In this document: positions 36,867-49,287 of the stretch, piece by piece | How positions within the stretch are numbered: the stretch's first letter is position 1 | How the letters are laid out: each line of letters opens with the position of its first letter | Assembly (NCBI GenBank): GCA_038496445.1 | Contig: JALMLS010000376.1 | Location: 744,001 to 808,000 of the forward strand | From: Trichosphaerium sp. ATCC 40318 | Taxonomy: Eukaryota; Protista; Tubulinea | Length of the DNA stretch: 64,000 bases | Direction of reading: 5' to 3' | The notes under the pieces: generated by a model | Database searches by the model: none | Seen by the model: only the letters and a program-made list of their open reading frames with translations | Told to the model about the DNA's origin: nothing | Position numbers and translations under genes: made by a program

Positions 36867-39800
36867 TTACACAAAGGATAGAGCACCAACCCTACTAACA
36901 CGTTTAGATTTTTTCTTTTTTTTTGTTGGTGAACATCTCTTTTTTTGTTGTTCAACCATATCTACCATCGCTGGTGTTAGACTCCTAGCAAGAGAAGTCT
37001 TTGAAAAAGCCTGGCGAATTTCAGATTGTTCCAACAAGTCTGCTTCCATCTCACTATTACCAAATAGATCGCTGTTCCGATGAGTAGAAAGCATAAAACC
37101 CTAAAGAAGAAAATGTCTCAATTAGCTCTCATTTGACTGTAATCGATGATAGATGAGATTAAAAAGAACAACACTCACCTTATCAACAACAGTACTCAGA
37201 TCATTAGGTGTTGAAGACTTTTCTCCAATATTATTAGGTAAGTCTCCTTCAAGTAAGTCACAAAGAACATCAGGTTGTGCTGCTTGTTGCTTTTGTTTTT
37301 TTATAGAATAAGTTCTCTCCTTTTCTATTGTCCTCTCCAGAATCTCTAAAGAATAGAGTCAATCAATCAAACCTCACAAAAACAAACAGAATCCAAAACA
37401 AAGACAAACTGGTAAACGGAGAAATTCGGAATAACTCGTTGCCAAAAAAACACGTGCCATTTGTTACTACTGTATCCTTTCTGAATTTAAATAAATTACC
37501 CATGCCAAATAGCTCTCCTTCTTCACCTTTTACACCTGCAACACCCTTAAAATACCTTCTTTCGTTATACCCATGAAGACCAATATTAGCAAGTTGTTGT
37601 TTATAAATCTGGCGGTTATAGATCATCTCTTCTATAGTCCCAGCAGCAACAAAACGAAACACCTTAGTATAACGCTTTTGTCCGAGCCTATAGGCACGGT
37701 CCTGAGCCTGAAGATCATGCGAAACATTCCCTAAACAATGATAAGAACACAAACTTGTGCGTTTTTGAAAGAGAAAAAAACAAGACGTACAATTACAATC
37801 AAAAACCACCACGACATTTGCTCCTAAATCCGTCGCGTTAGCACATACTTGTACAATAAGCTTAAAAAAATACTAACCAGTTAAATTAAGGCCAACACCA
37901 CATGCTTTAGTTGATACTAACAACACAAACTGCGTAGGACTTCTGTTGAAAATATCTACATTTCTCTGTCTTTGTTGAGACGGCGTACGTCCATCTATTC
38001 TTCCATGTGTATATCTCTGGCTTATCAAGAACTCTGATAACAAACTAAAAGATCACTCAGAATAATATCCAAGATAATAAAATAAAGTAAAAAACGAGAA
38101 AAAACAAGCTATCTTGTCGTACTCTAAGGTTGTTCTTGAGTATGAAAATAAGAGAACTTTATCGCCTTCTGATTTCCATTTCTTTAAAAGTTCACTAAGA
38201 ACATGCATCTTTCCTGATACAGCAGTATGTTGTCCACACTTTATACCCTGTTTTATCTTACTATGATCATCTCCAAAAGCACGTTTTTCAAACCGAGCAT
38301 CCCTATTTCTTTTTTGTAATGCATCATCGGCCTTAGGAGTAATCAAGCCAAGGTCTAAATAAACCACATAAATACAACATAAAATGAAGTATCGTACGAT
38401 TAGATATCTGAACAAGCTTTGTTATCATTGGAAGAACTAAACAAAAGTCAGAGTTACAGCACGTTGAACATGAAAGAATCAAGACAAAAAAACTTTTTTA
38501 AGTACCCATTTCTCGCCAATTCATTTCAGCGTCAAGTGACTTTGACAAGCAACATTTACCAGCTTGTCTACCTGACCTAAAATTTAACATTTAATAATCA
38601 AGCCACGTGCCACCAAAAAAAAACAATTACCGGCAAGCACACTTGGTAAACAATCGTTGCATTTTAGCACAGTGCGGTAAATTGAGAACACGCTCATAAG
38701 TCTCTGTTTGAAGTGCTGTAAGCTTGCAAAACACAATATTATCTGGACAGATTGTAGCCATTAATATCACTCATATACAGTCTATAAATTACATACCTTC
38801 CTTCCCAGGCAAGTCATCAGCAATGATTGCTTTAGTTCTTCTCAAAATAACACCTTTCAGTAAAGTTGACAGCTAGTAGCATAAAGTAAGGTCTTGTGGT
38901 CTTTTGATATGCGTCTTACCTTCTGCGCTGCTTTTCTACCTCTTGCAACAATAGCAGGGGCAGCATCATGACGCTGTCCATTCATAACAGGATGAATGAC
39001 AGTACGTCGAAAGTAATCCAAAGTATTTAAATACCCAGGCCATACAAAATTAACTAAAGTCCACAACTCATCATACGAGTTCTGAATTACAGTTCCTGTT
39101 AACCCTAAAGACAAAAAAATATGAGAAATCAACTTCTTCAGCGAAAGCAAAAAAGTATCAAGTCAAGAAGATAACATACCAAACCGTCTGTTATTTTTAA
39201 GTCTCTGACAAGTTTGTGTAAGTTTTGAAGTATTTCCCTTGATTTTATGAACTTCATCAAAGAAAATACAACACCACTCAACATTGTTGATTGCCTCAAA
39301 GTTATTACGCAGCGTATCATAGCTACATATAACAGCATCTGTCCTACAACGAGAGGCAGCCTTAAGGACATCTAATATGCATATTAATCAACCACCAAAA
39401 GAAGAATCATCAACAACAATAAAAGGTTGAAGCAAACAAAACAATAAAGCGTACGAATTTTTTCTTTCCCAATCAAGATGTCAGCATTAACTTTAGCCCA
39501 GTTATAAAACTCGTTCTTCCAATGAGTTAATACAGATGCAGGGCACACAATAAGAACGGGTTTGTTAGATATAGCAGCACTTGCTCCAGTTGATGAGAAG
39601 TGTTTCTTCTTTGGAGAGAAGAAGTTCTTAGGTTTAATACCCTTAATGGCAACAATAGTAGCAATAGCTAATAAAGTCAACTCAGTTCAATACAAAACTC
39701 ATTTATACAACTGTACCTTGCACTGTTTTACCCAATCCCATATCATCTGCAAGAATACCGCCATGATCTTGAACGAAAAGGTTGTACAAAAATTTACAAC

Positions 39801-40768
39801 CTGGACGTTGAAACGGCTTCAGTTTTACATTGATAAATCCTGGCACCTTTTGGAACAAAAAAAATAAGACTTTTGGAATCTAACTGTTACTACTCCCTAC
39901 CTCAACAACTGGTGTTTCTCCTTCCTTACTTAAAAGAAGACCTTCTTGATCAAGGTCGTTATCTCCTTCTCGGTCATGAAACAATGTCTCCTCCTCAGGC
40001 TCACTCGACTAGAAAAGACCGTCACGAAAAAAAAAACTGTGGAGAAAAAAATGGAATTGTACGTCTGAGTCGAACTGTGTGATATCAAGAACTCCTTCAA
40101 TAACACCATCCTTTACTATACGAGGTCCTAATGACACAATCAACGAGAAATTGTAGATTGAACAAAAGTTGTTTAAACGAACCTTGAGGTCTCATTGGAT
40201 TGGTTTTAGGAGCACTACTTCTTTTGTTCATTGAGAAGCCTTCAAAAGCACTTCTGGGCTTTGTCTTCGACCGTTTCGTAACCGTTACTGAAAACGGTTG
40301 TAGTCAGACATAAAATGATGGTAACAATATGTACGTACCGAATTGATCCATTAGAGTGTTCTGTCCGCGTTTTGGTTTTTTCTTGGGCTGAACAGACATA
40401 TCATCGTCTCTGGCACGTTTTTTGCTCCAAGAACGAAGGAAATCCATATCTTTTTGTATTTGCTCTGGTTTTGCGTACACTTGAGCATTTTTTGTCGTTA
40501 TTTTCTTAGGTGACGTTCTAGTGGCATTTGATTGCTTCTGTCGAGTAGGATTATTGCGTAACGACGCAGTGCTAAGCGTACGAAACGTGCTTGGCGAATT
40601 TAACTTCTTGTCGTTTATCGAATTCTGATTTTGTGACTTTGGTGGTGTCTTCAGGCTACCCAGTAACCGTGACGCCGGAGTAGAATTGCCTACATCTTTT
40701 CCACTAATACTTGCTGATTTTGATACTGTAAAGTTGATGCGGCTCTTCACTCTGCTACGGCCATGCAT
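36867..40768 (-). CDS. SNF2-family helicase/translocase, ERCC6L2/Rad26-like
   Basis: LADDMGLGKTVQ; DEVHKIK; LGLTGTVIQNSYDELW; SGKMHVL; HDLQAQDRAYRLGQ...GTIEEMIYNRQIYKQQL. Confidence 0.92.
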
Positions 40769-40898
40769 ACTGATCAATAGAAAGCGCTTACAGTATTATG
40801 TACATTAAATATCGAGCAGAAAGCCATCTGTGCAAGATTTTTACAGAAAATAATTGTCTGCTGGTCAAGCGTTCATTCTTGCTTTTTTGAACACCACC

Positions 40899-42012
40899 AT
40901 GAGCAGTAAGGAATCAAAAGTACGCAATAGAGAAGCTCGCCCAATTGTGCTCAATTCTTTGTTTTACTAATTCCATACATCAGTATTTGTTAAAAGTACG
41001 TAGTCAGAGAGAAAGGAGCGCTCGAAAGATAAGAAAGACAAGAAACGGGACAAGAAAGATAAAAAAGATAAGAAACAACGCAAACGTGACAAACGGAAGA
41101 GCGAAAAGCGCGAAAAACGCAATGATGAGAAGCTAGACGACAAAAAAAACTCTCCACGAGAAGTTGAAGCAAAAGAGCATGTAACAAAAACTGAAAGCCA
41201 CAAAACTGGCCCAATACGCCATAAACGACATGACCGTAGGCACCACCCATACTCAGACGAAGATCGGGGACATCGGGATAGAAGAAGACGAGATGACGAC
41301 CGCGGAAGAAGAAACAATTACGACAGATACGACAATGATAGACGAAGGAACTATGACCGCCGCGACTCAAGAAATAACTCAAGGAATAGCAGAAGGTGAG
41401 CAATCAATCGAAAATTAACCGATTACTACATCACCCCTGCTGCTTTTAGTTGCATATAATAATACGTATATAGAGAGCCAACAAGAGGAATGTCATTAGA
41501 GGATAAAAAGAAGATGCTGTGGGGTAAACCAAAGCAAAACAATAACAATTCTACAACAAAGAAAATGACGGTTGAGGAAAAGAAGAAAATGTTATGGGGT
41601 TCTAAAGGAGCTCAGAAAAAAGCTGCTGCACCTGCTGCAACTACCTCTTCTAAACCTGCACCTGGCGGAGCTAATAAATCAATGTGGGCTGCAGCTAGCC
41701 TTGGTGATTCTGATAGGCAAAAGAAGTTCTTTAAACTTATGGGAATGAGCGCTGAAACAAAGGTTCGTCTCTGTCACTCTTCTAAGCGGGACATGTCTAT
41801 TTGTATTTTTTCTTTATTTTTGTTTTGTTTGAACAAGTCAATTTTGACGTAACAGTTAAAGTACTTGAGGATTAACATTATCTTACTTTAAGGTCGATGA
41901 AAGCAAAGCTCAGAAAGTAACTCAACAAAACGAGAAAATGTGGGGTGATCTCGAGCAGAGCTATCAGTCAGGTTTATATTACAACAGAGGCAAACAAGGT
42001 TTAAAGAGTTAA
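40899..42012 (+). CDS. RSRC2-like Arg/Asp-rich protein with SMAP (small acidic protein-like) domain
   Basis: RD/RE-rich exon; two EDKKKMLWG/EEKKKMLWG motifs; WAAASLGDSDRQKKFFKLMG; DLEQSY. Confidence 0.82.
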
Positions 42013-42450
42013 ACAAACAAAAAACACATCAGGAGAGCTCACCAACAGCGAATACGTTTGTAAACAGACAAAACAAAAATAATAAAAGCGCACAATAATT
42101 ACTTCAAAAGACAAACACCTAAGAAACTTGTCACAACCACGAGAAAAAGACACGGAAAACGTGAGCGTTGTATACCTGAACTTTTTAATTTATTATTATT
42201 ATTTTTTTCGTTCTCGCTTATTGTACAATATTACAAGTCCCATAGCAATCCCTCATGGTGAATTGACCATCAGTTATTATGTGGTCTCCAAAAAAACCGT
42301 ATTCGGCCCGTTCGTAGGGTGTTAAATGATGACATTAAAAAAAAAATTTCAAAGAACGGGCTGTTGTCACGAATTTCGCAGAACATCCCACCAATCAGAG
42401 AGCGCGGGGTTGCAGTAAAAGAAACTGCATATATGATGCACGAGGCCTAT

Positions 42451-44464
42451 TTAACAAGAAAAATTGCCGTCTGGCGCTGCGCCTTCGTTCCAGTAAGGAA
42501 AAGACCCAGGGTTCTCAAGATATTCCTTCCAAATATTAGCCGTTGGTGTTGGCACTGAGCAAGGCGCATCATCAACATCCATAGGTAGTCTCTCCTCATA
42601 AGGGTTAAGAGTTCCTTCGGTTTTTCGCAATTTGACGCGAGAATAGTCAATTTGGTCTAAGCTCTATTAATAAAACAAAACTAATCATTTTTTTCAAACT
42701 ATGCAAAAAAAAAAACCACAAAAAAATAGGTTTGCCCTCTATTTACCTTTTAGAGCCTGAGGCGAGTCTGTTCCCCTAAACGTAGGCAAAGAAGAACCTG
42801 ACCATGGCGGCAAATACTCCTCATTCTACAAAAAAAAAGTCAGCAAAAAACAAAAAAAAAACCCACAAAAGCTCGTAGTATTATAGTACATACCAAAGAT
42901 ATAGGAGGATACTCATTTGCAATATTTTCTCTATCCTCTCTGTATGCAGCCATTGCAGTAGATGCTTCCTGACGACATTCTAACGTGCGTGAGCGGGAAA
43001 AGAAGTGTAACGAATCAAAAAAAAAAAAAAACGTTAAAACGCAAGTAAAAAAAATCACAACGCGGTTTTTAGGCAATAATACCACAAAACAAACCCACAC
43101 ACCAGATTAAAACAATTTCAAGGTACCCTCAACGCACATTTGGTGACTAACAAAAAAAAAGTAACGAAAAACGGAAAACTTCATTTTAAGGTTAAACGTA
43201 CCGGCAAGGTAGTCTGGCAGATCCTGTCTCTTTTTCAACGCTATCTTTTCCCATTCTAGGTCGTGTTAGCAAAAACTACAAAGGAGAAGCCACGAAAAGG
43301 GTAAATCGGTCCAATTGTAAAAATAAGGCTACCAAAACAAGGGAAACAATATAAAGTGGCCAAAACAAGAACATTCTACGCTCAAGGTAAATTGAAAAAA
43401 AAAGATTTTCTTTCCTCGTGTAGCGGCGATAGCGCGATCGCCTTGCGTGATAACGTACGTATAGTTGATTGAAATGCAGGTGTCATTAAATTACCAGGAT
43501 GTGGCGGTGTGTAAATATTAGTTGGCGGACCACCAATCGAAAATACTTGAGTGTTCTGGGTCATATTAGGGTCGTAAGAGCCATAACAATTAGCTGGGCT
43601 CATAGGCGAGGTCACACTCATAGGAGAATTGACTGACATTGGCGTTCCGGGCTGTGAAAGCGAGTGAGGCGAGCCTGGTTGCTGTTGTAGCCGTTGCATT
43701 TGACTCAAAAGCAAGTGTTGATTTAGCACTCTCAAACGTAGTAGGCGTAGTTCTTCTTCTTTTGCAGATAAGTTATTTCGAAGTTTTGAACATTCGTCCT
43801 GAGAGCTAGCCAGTTTATTCGCGAGATCTAGAGAGTACAACGTGAGCGCCACGTAAAATTATAGACAGGCTAACTGTTTTTTGTTGGTTTTTGTTTTTGT
43901 AAACTACGCAAAAGAACATATTTGCGCCTACGTACCTCGTTCAGTTGTTTTCTGTATCTTACCATGAGCGAATTGACCCGTTTCATTACGAATACCCTGT
44001 TTAGCATTTGTTGTGCCATCAGCGCTTTGTTGAGGCTCTTCTCGAACTCTTTTTTTTGGGTGGTTGCGTTTGTTGCGTTTCGCTCTGTACCTCTTGAGTT
44101 GTTGTTGGCGTGTTTTTTCAGCTCGTAGGTTGAAGTCGAAAAAGCCAGGGTTACCAACGGGCTGGACCGCATATCCAAGTGGGGACTGTTGATTAGCAGT
44201 ACTTTGTATAGAAGTCGTTACAAGAGGCTTTTGAGAAAGACAAGGCACACGAGGAACACTGGGATTATTTGGTTGGGTTGCTAGTTGAGCATGAAGTTGT
44301 GCGTTAAGATTAGCCGTCATGAACACCAAAGCTTGTAAATTAGCCTGTATATCATCCAAATTCATTCCTGGCGGAGGTATTGTACACTGAGTAGGCGTTG
44401 AAGCCATTGGTAGTTCTCCTGTTAGATTTATAACGGGAGGATTGCATTGGGGTGAACCCCGCAT
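42451..44464 (-). CDS. CCT-like domain putative transcription factor with coiled coil
   Basis: RQQQLKRYRAKRNKRNHPKKR...GIRNETGQF resembles the CCT motif; coiled coil LANKLASSQDECSKLRNNL; spliced C-terminal exons end ...DGNFSC*. Confidence 0.75.
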
Positions 44465-45128
44465 AGTGTTGTTGAAAATTTGCTTCAGTCGTTACCAAGG
44501 AGTACGTCTTTACTATTTGTAATTTCTAAATTATTTTCGCAGAAAATAGGTCACAAAAAACTATTTAGCGCAGGTCAAACAATGTATACTATAAGTATTT
44601 GTCTGCTTTACTGGCTCGCTTGCCATTCCCTAACTCTAAACCTGTTGTATCAGGCGCATAAATTCACTCCTGAATCACTCAACACGATTCATTCCAACTT
44701 CTATTTACAAATCAGTGACTGCGTGTTTCAGTTTGTGTTTTGTGAGCGTTCAGTCTGTAGTTTGTATTGATTCACTAACGAACTGTGCCGTTTTGGTGTA
44801 ACGGTTCAAAAGCCACAAAGTTATTTTCGGATGGTGATTCACAAAGCACAAATTTATTACTTCGTTTCCGTTTAATTCTTACTCCACACGCTATATTCTC
44901 TTGTTTCTAGTATATTCTGGAAACGAACTGCCTAAGAAGAACACATCAACTCCTAAAAAACAACTAACTACGCTCTGATTAGTCATAACCAAGTCTGTTG
45001 TATTCATTACATGCTATTTTCGGCAAAAATCTTCAAAATGTTTTTTGTAGATTTACAAAAGCCTATTTTTCACGTGCTAGATTCTCTTGGCATTGCCACG
45101 CTAGGAATTATTGCTCCTCTGCTGTCTA

Positions 45129-45233
45129 CGCACTCTAACGTGCGAAAATTACATCTTCAGGCTATAAGGAGCACTCTAGTGCTCTCCATGCGCCTATTTC
45201 TTGGGAGTTTGTGTTTCATGCACGGTAAGGTAT
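45129..45233 (-). ncRNA. Candidate small structured RNA (long hairpin, Sm-site-like U tract, terminal hairpin)
   Basis: Minus strand: ATACCTTACC...AGGCGCATGGAGAGCAC-TAGA-GTGCTCCTTATAGCCT...TAATTTT-CGCAC-GTTAGA-GTGCG; no match to snRNAs that I can recall. Confidence 0.3.
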
Positions 45234-45392
45234 AGTAATTGCTTTCAAAGAACCATATGTTCCTTGTAAGTAAAGCTATTGCATTACTGCTAAACACAAT
45301 TAATTTATTTTTGTACAACTCTTAGCGCACAAGTTTTGAGGCTAGTCCGACTAGCAATCTTCGATTTGTGTTACAGTTCATAGGAATGTGTT

Positions 45393-48227
45393 CTACACCA
45401 TCAAGAAGTCTTGATACATAAGTTGCTTTGCAATCTTCATCCTCGCTTTAGCGAATTTATTATCAACAAAGTTGTTTACAAATTATAACTGTATGTACCT
45501 CTTGTGTTCTCCTTCATGAAACGTTCAGGCATTTCTACAAGAGGCTCTGTATTAACCCTCTTTAGTGGTATATCAGGTCTAAAAAACAAAATGGTTGCAC
45601 ATATTTGATCTGTGTTACCAACTTCCCACCAGAAAGGTATTGAAATTAGCGTAATCCCTAACAAACACGTGAATTTTTTTCAATAATTTTGCGTTAACTG
45701 AAGCCGTTTATATTTTGCATACAGCAATCAGTTGATAGTTTGGTTTTTAACAGTGTTGTGAGACTTTTACCAGTTCAAGTTTTAAAGTCTTAAACTTAAC
45801 AACCGTGATGCGTACCTTTGTCTGTACATTTGTCTATCTTCTCTACATCTCTCCCTTCTTGTAGAACTGCAGTTGCAAAAGCTGGTTTATCAAAATAATG
45901 CTGTTCTCCTTGATATTCAACACCAACTCGGTATTTTGGAACATATACATCAATTGAAATATCAAAGTCAAGTTTTCCCTTAATACCAGGTTTGTACTCT
46001 TCAAAAATATCTGTTGATGTAAATAAATTCCTCATAGAAGTCACTAAGCAACTAAAAATAGGATAAAAGTTAGCAAAATAAAGATACCGAGAATACTTTA
46101 AAGATTACAATTGAAAGAAAAAAAAATCTTACCTTTGCACTGCTTTTTTATTTCTTGTTGTGAAGTAACTTAACGACCAATTGTAATCCGGGTAAAAGTT
46201 TGAAAGTATACCAGGCCACTGAGAAGTAATAAATCCAGCGCCAGCATATAATAGGACTAGAGGATGTGACACACGATACCAATCATCTGGTGAAGAGATA
46301 TTCATGTCAGAGGCCATAGTGAAAATCAGTTCTTTTACTTTTTTGGGGTCATCCCAATAGCCTTTTGGTAACGCTACAAACACGTGACTTAGAATTATTT
46401 GCGTATAATGAAGATATTATCGTACGATCTTTTCTCTCTAGCTTGGACCAATCTGATTCAGGATACATTGTAGATAATAGGCCATGCATACCAGAAAAGG
46501 AACTAAAATAGAACTTAGTTTTTGTACTTGACAGAATTGGTTACCGTAATATGCCGGCTCCTTTTATCTGTGCCATGTGATTGTACAATACACGCTCCCA
46601 GTCAATTATTTCTTTAATGTTTAAAGCTCCTTCAGCCTTAATCCTTATCATTAGTATTCAGATATGACTCAAGAATAACATTGGTCGCACATAAAGCATA
46701 AATTGCAAGCAGTTACCGTGATCTTTCCAAAATTGTTTACCAAGGTTCCCTACCCCAATTTAGACATACAACTCACCTAACAATCAAAATTCTATACAAT
46801 TATTGAACTGCCAGGCTCGCCATTGAAGCTTTGGATAAACACTTGATAAAAGTGCATAGAGAGATAGTCCGAAATACCTATTATGTAACAAACGAGTCAG
46901 ATTTTAGGTCTATTCTTGTTTTTTGTTCTGGCGTTCCAAAGATCACATGAGAACGTACTTAATTATATTTCTCCCACCAGTGTTATTTATTTGTTGTCTT
47001 GTAATGTTATACCATTGCTCAGGTTTGGTGATGTTAAATTTTTTTTCAACCTAAAGGAAGTTGTTAGCTAACTCCTTCTTTAAAGAAATATTTATAAGCA
47101 CTTTCTTTATGTACAAATTCTACATGGTAGAGGTGTTTGGTATAATATGGAATAACAACTAGAGGTGGAATAAGGGGACATTACTAGAGATGGAGTAGTA
47201 GATTACCAAATTTTCGTTTTACCCATTTATAATCAGGATACATTTCAGCAAGGAACTGACTTAGTGAAGGTATGATTGCTCTTATACTGCCTTCTCGAAA
47301 CATACTCAAGTCATCAAGTGTATGATTATACCAATCCTCTATATCTTCAATACCAATATTCTTTTCTGCCTTCAAAGAAAAAACTGAGAAAGAAAACGTG
47401 TAAAAAAAAGTGTACATGAATAAGAAATTCTCTCAAGTTTGATTTTTGGTTCCAAAAACCATTCGGTGTCTTGACTGGTATTATCATCATTAGTGTACAT
47501 TAATATTTAATAATTTAATTACCGAGTTTCCAGGGTTGCCAAGAATGATGAGGGTACAAGAATCGAAGAAGATTAATAAAAGATCTACCACATTTTCTGA
47601 AAAAACAATTAAAAAAAAAGAGTTGACATCACTTCAGCTCTTACATAAGCAACGGGCCTCCACCTATATCAATAACATCCTGACCTGTTTTTTGGTACCA
47701 TTGATCAGTCTTTGATATACCAAACTGTCTCTCTGCCTGAGATAAACGAAATTAAAACACAAAATTTTCCGAATAATTCCGTACATATTTTAAGAACATA
47801 TTAATAGCGTCTTGAGTCTCCCAAAATCCTTTTGGAAGCTTTGAGTCTATTAGAATCAATTATTTATTGCGTTGTTAGGTGTTTTTACCGAACATCCACG
47901 GCTGCCAAGTGTGTTCAGGGTACATGCGTGGTAACATTTTGCGTATGGTACCACCGAAGTATCTAAGCGCGTAAGGGAGCATTTTTAAATAAAATCGTAC
48001 GCTAAGAACCCTTCGCCGTCAAGCTTGACAATGTCAGCGTTTTTAACGCCATACCAGTCGTCTAGATGACCAATTTTGAGGTTTGATTCGAGCTGTTAAA
48101 CTGTTTTAGCTTCATTTGGCGTTTAATTACTCCTAACCGTTTTGATGAACTCCACACGGTGCGAAATCCTTGCCCAGTGACCAACTGGGTATCTGGCATA
48201 GTGAGAGGTAAGGGATCTTAGTGCCAT
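45393..48227 (-). CDS. Six ~65-70 aa tandem repeats + C-terminal PD-(D/E)XK/Vsr-like (RAP/DUF559-type) endonuclease-fold domain
   Basis: Repeat consensus PxGFW-x~20-I-x3-DDWY-x~11-G-x~14-YP-x3-W-x2-WxF; C-terminal SIDVYVPKYRVGVEYQGEQHYF...RDVEKIDKC...GITLISIPFWW. Confidence 0.85.
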
Positions 48228-48315
48228 GTCGCCATAGCGTTGTTGATACTATGCTCTACTCCACATCGATTGTAAGGCTAAAGAAGTGTACTGACTGACA
48301 TTTTTTGACACGAAG

Positions 48316-49124
48316 ATGGCAACGAAGAAGAGCGTGGTATTTGTATGCTTGGGGAACATTTGCAGGTCGCCCATGGCAGAAATAGGTAACGAAGTGTAAC
48401 TATAGTTACAATAATTAACACAGTGCAGTGATGCGATGGAAGGTTAAAGCCAGAGGTGTTGAAAACGAATGGGAAATAGATTCTGCTGGAACTGCCGCAT
48501 ACCACGTTGGAGACTCACCAGATAGCCGCAGCGTATCTGTACTGCGCCAAGTATAATTAAAAAAACAACTAACGCTCGCTACAGACCTGTAAGAAGATGA
48601 TTGGTAAAGAAATGGCTCCAGTCACCCATAGAGCAAGGTAGAGCAAGTATGCATTGATAGAAACAACGTTAACAAAGTTGTAGACAAGCAAAAAAGAGCG
48701 ACTTTAAAAAATTTGATTATGTTCTTTGTATGGACGAGAGTAACCTCGAAGACTTAAAGTACGCTATATCTTCAAGTAAACTATGTGTCAGTGCTGTTTA
48801 AGACTGTTTCAGCTTGACATTTATTCAGTGACAGTTTGACACTTACGTCAATTTAGGGCTATTCAACCTTCGGATGGTAAGGCCAAATTGGCTCTTCTTG
48901 GATCGTATGACCCAGAGGGAGTCAAAATTGTAGATGGTATGTGGCTGTGGTAAATATTGAAGGTGTTCTTATTGATAATATAGATCCATATTATGGTGGT
49001 ATTAACGGCTTCGAGTTTAACGTGCGTTAGTGTTTTATGCTATTTTACTTAATGACTTTTTTTATTCTTTTAGTTTAAACAAATTTGCCGTTGTTGTGAT
49101 GCCCTACTCGATGAAGCCAAGTAA
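48316..49124 (+). CDS. ACP1: Low-molecular-weight phosphotyrosine protein phosphatase
   Basis: VVFVCLGNICRSPMAE P-loop; IDSAGTAAYHVG; FDYVLCMDESN; DPYYGG. Confidence 0.95.
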
Positions 49125-49287
49125 GTACAATTAACTTACTTGAAACAAACAAAATGGGAATGCCCTTGCCAATGGCGCCCAGATAAGGATTCAAAGTGTA
49201 CAAAACACATAAAGTAGCAATTGCATGATATAACCACTTTCAATTTTCTAGAAATTACATAAACCTGTTACTAGCACGTGCTATATT

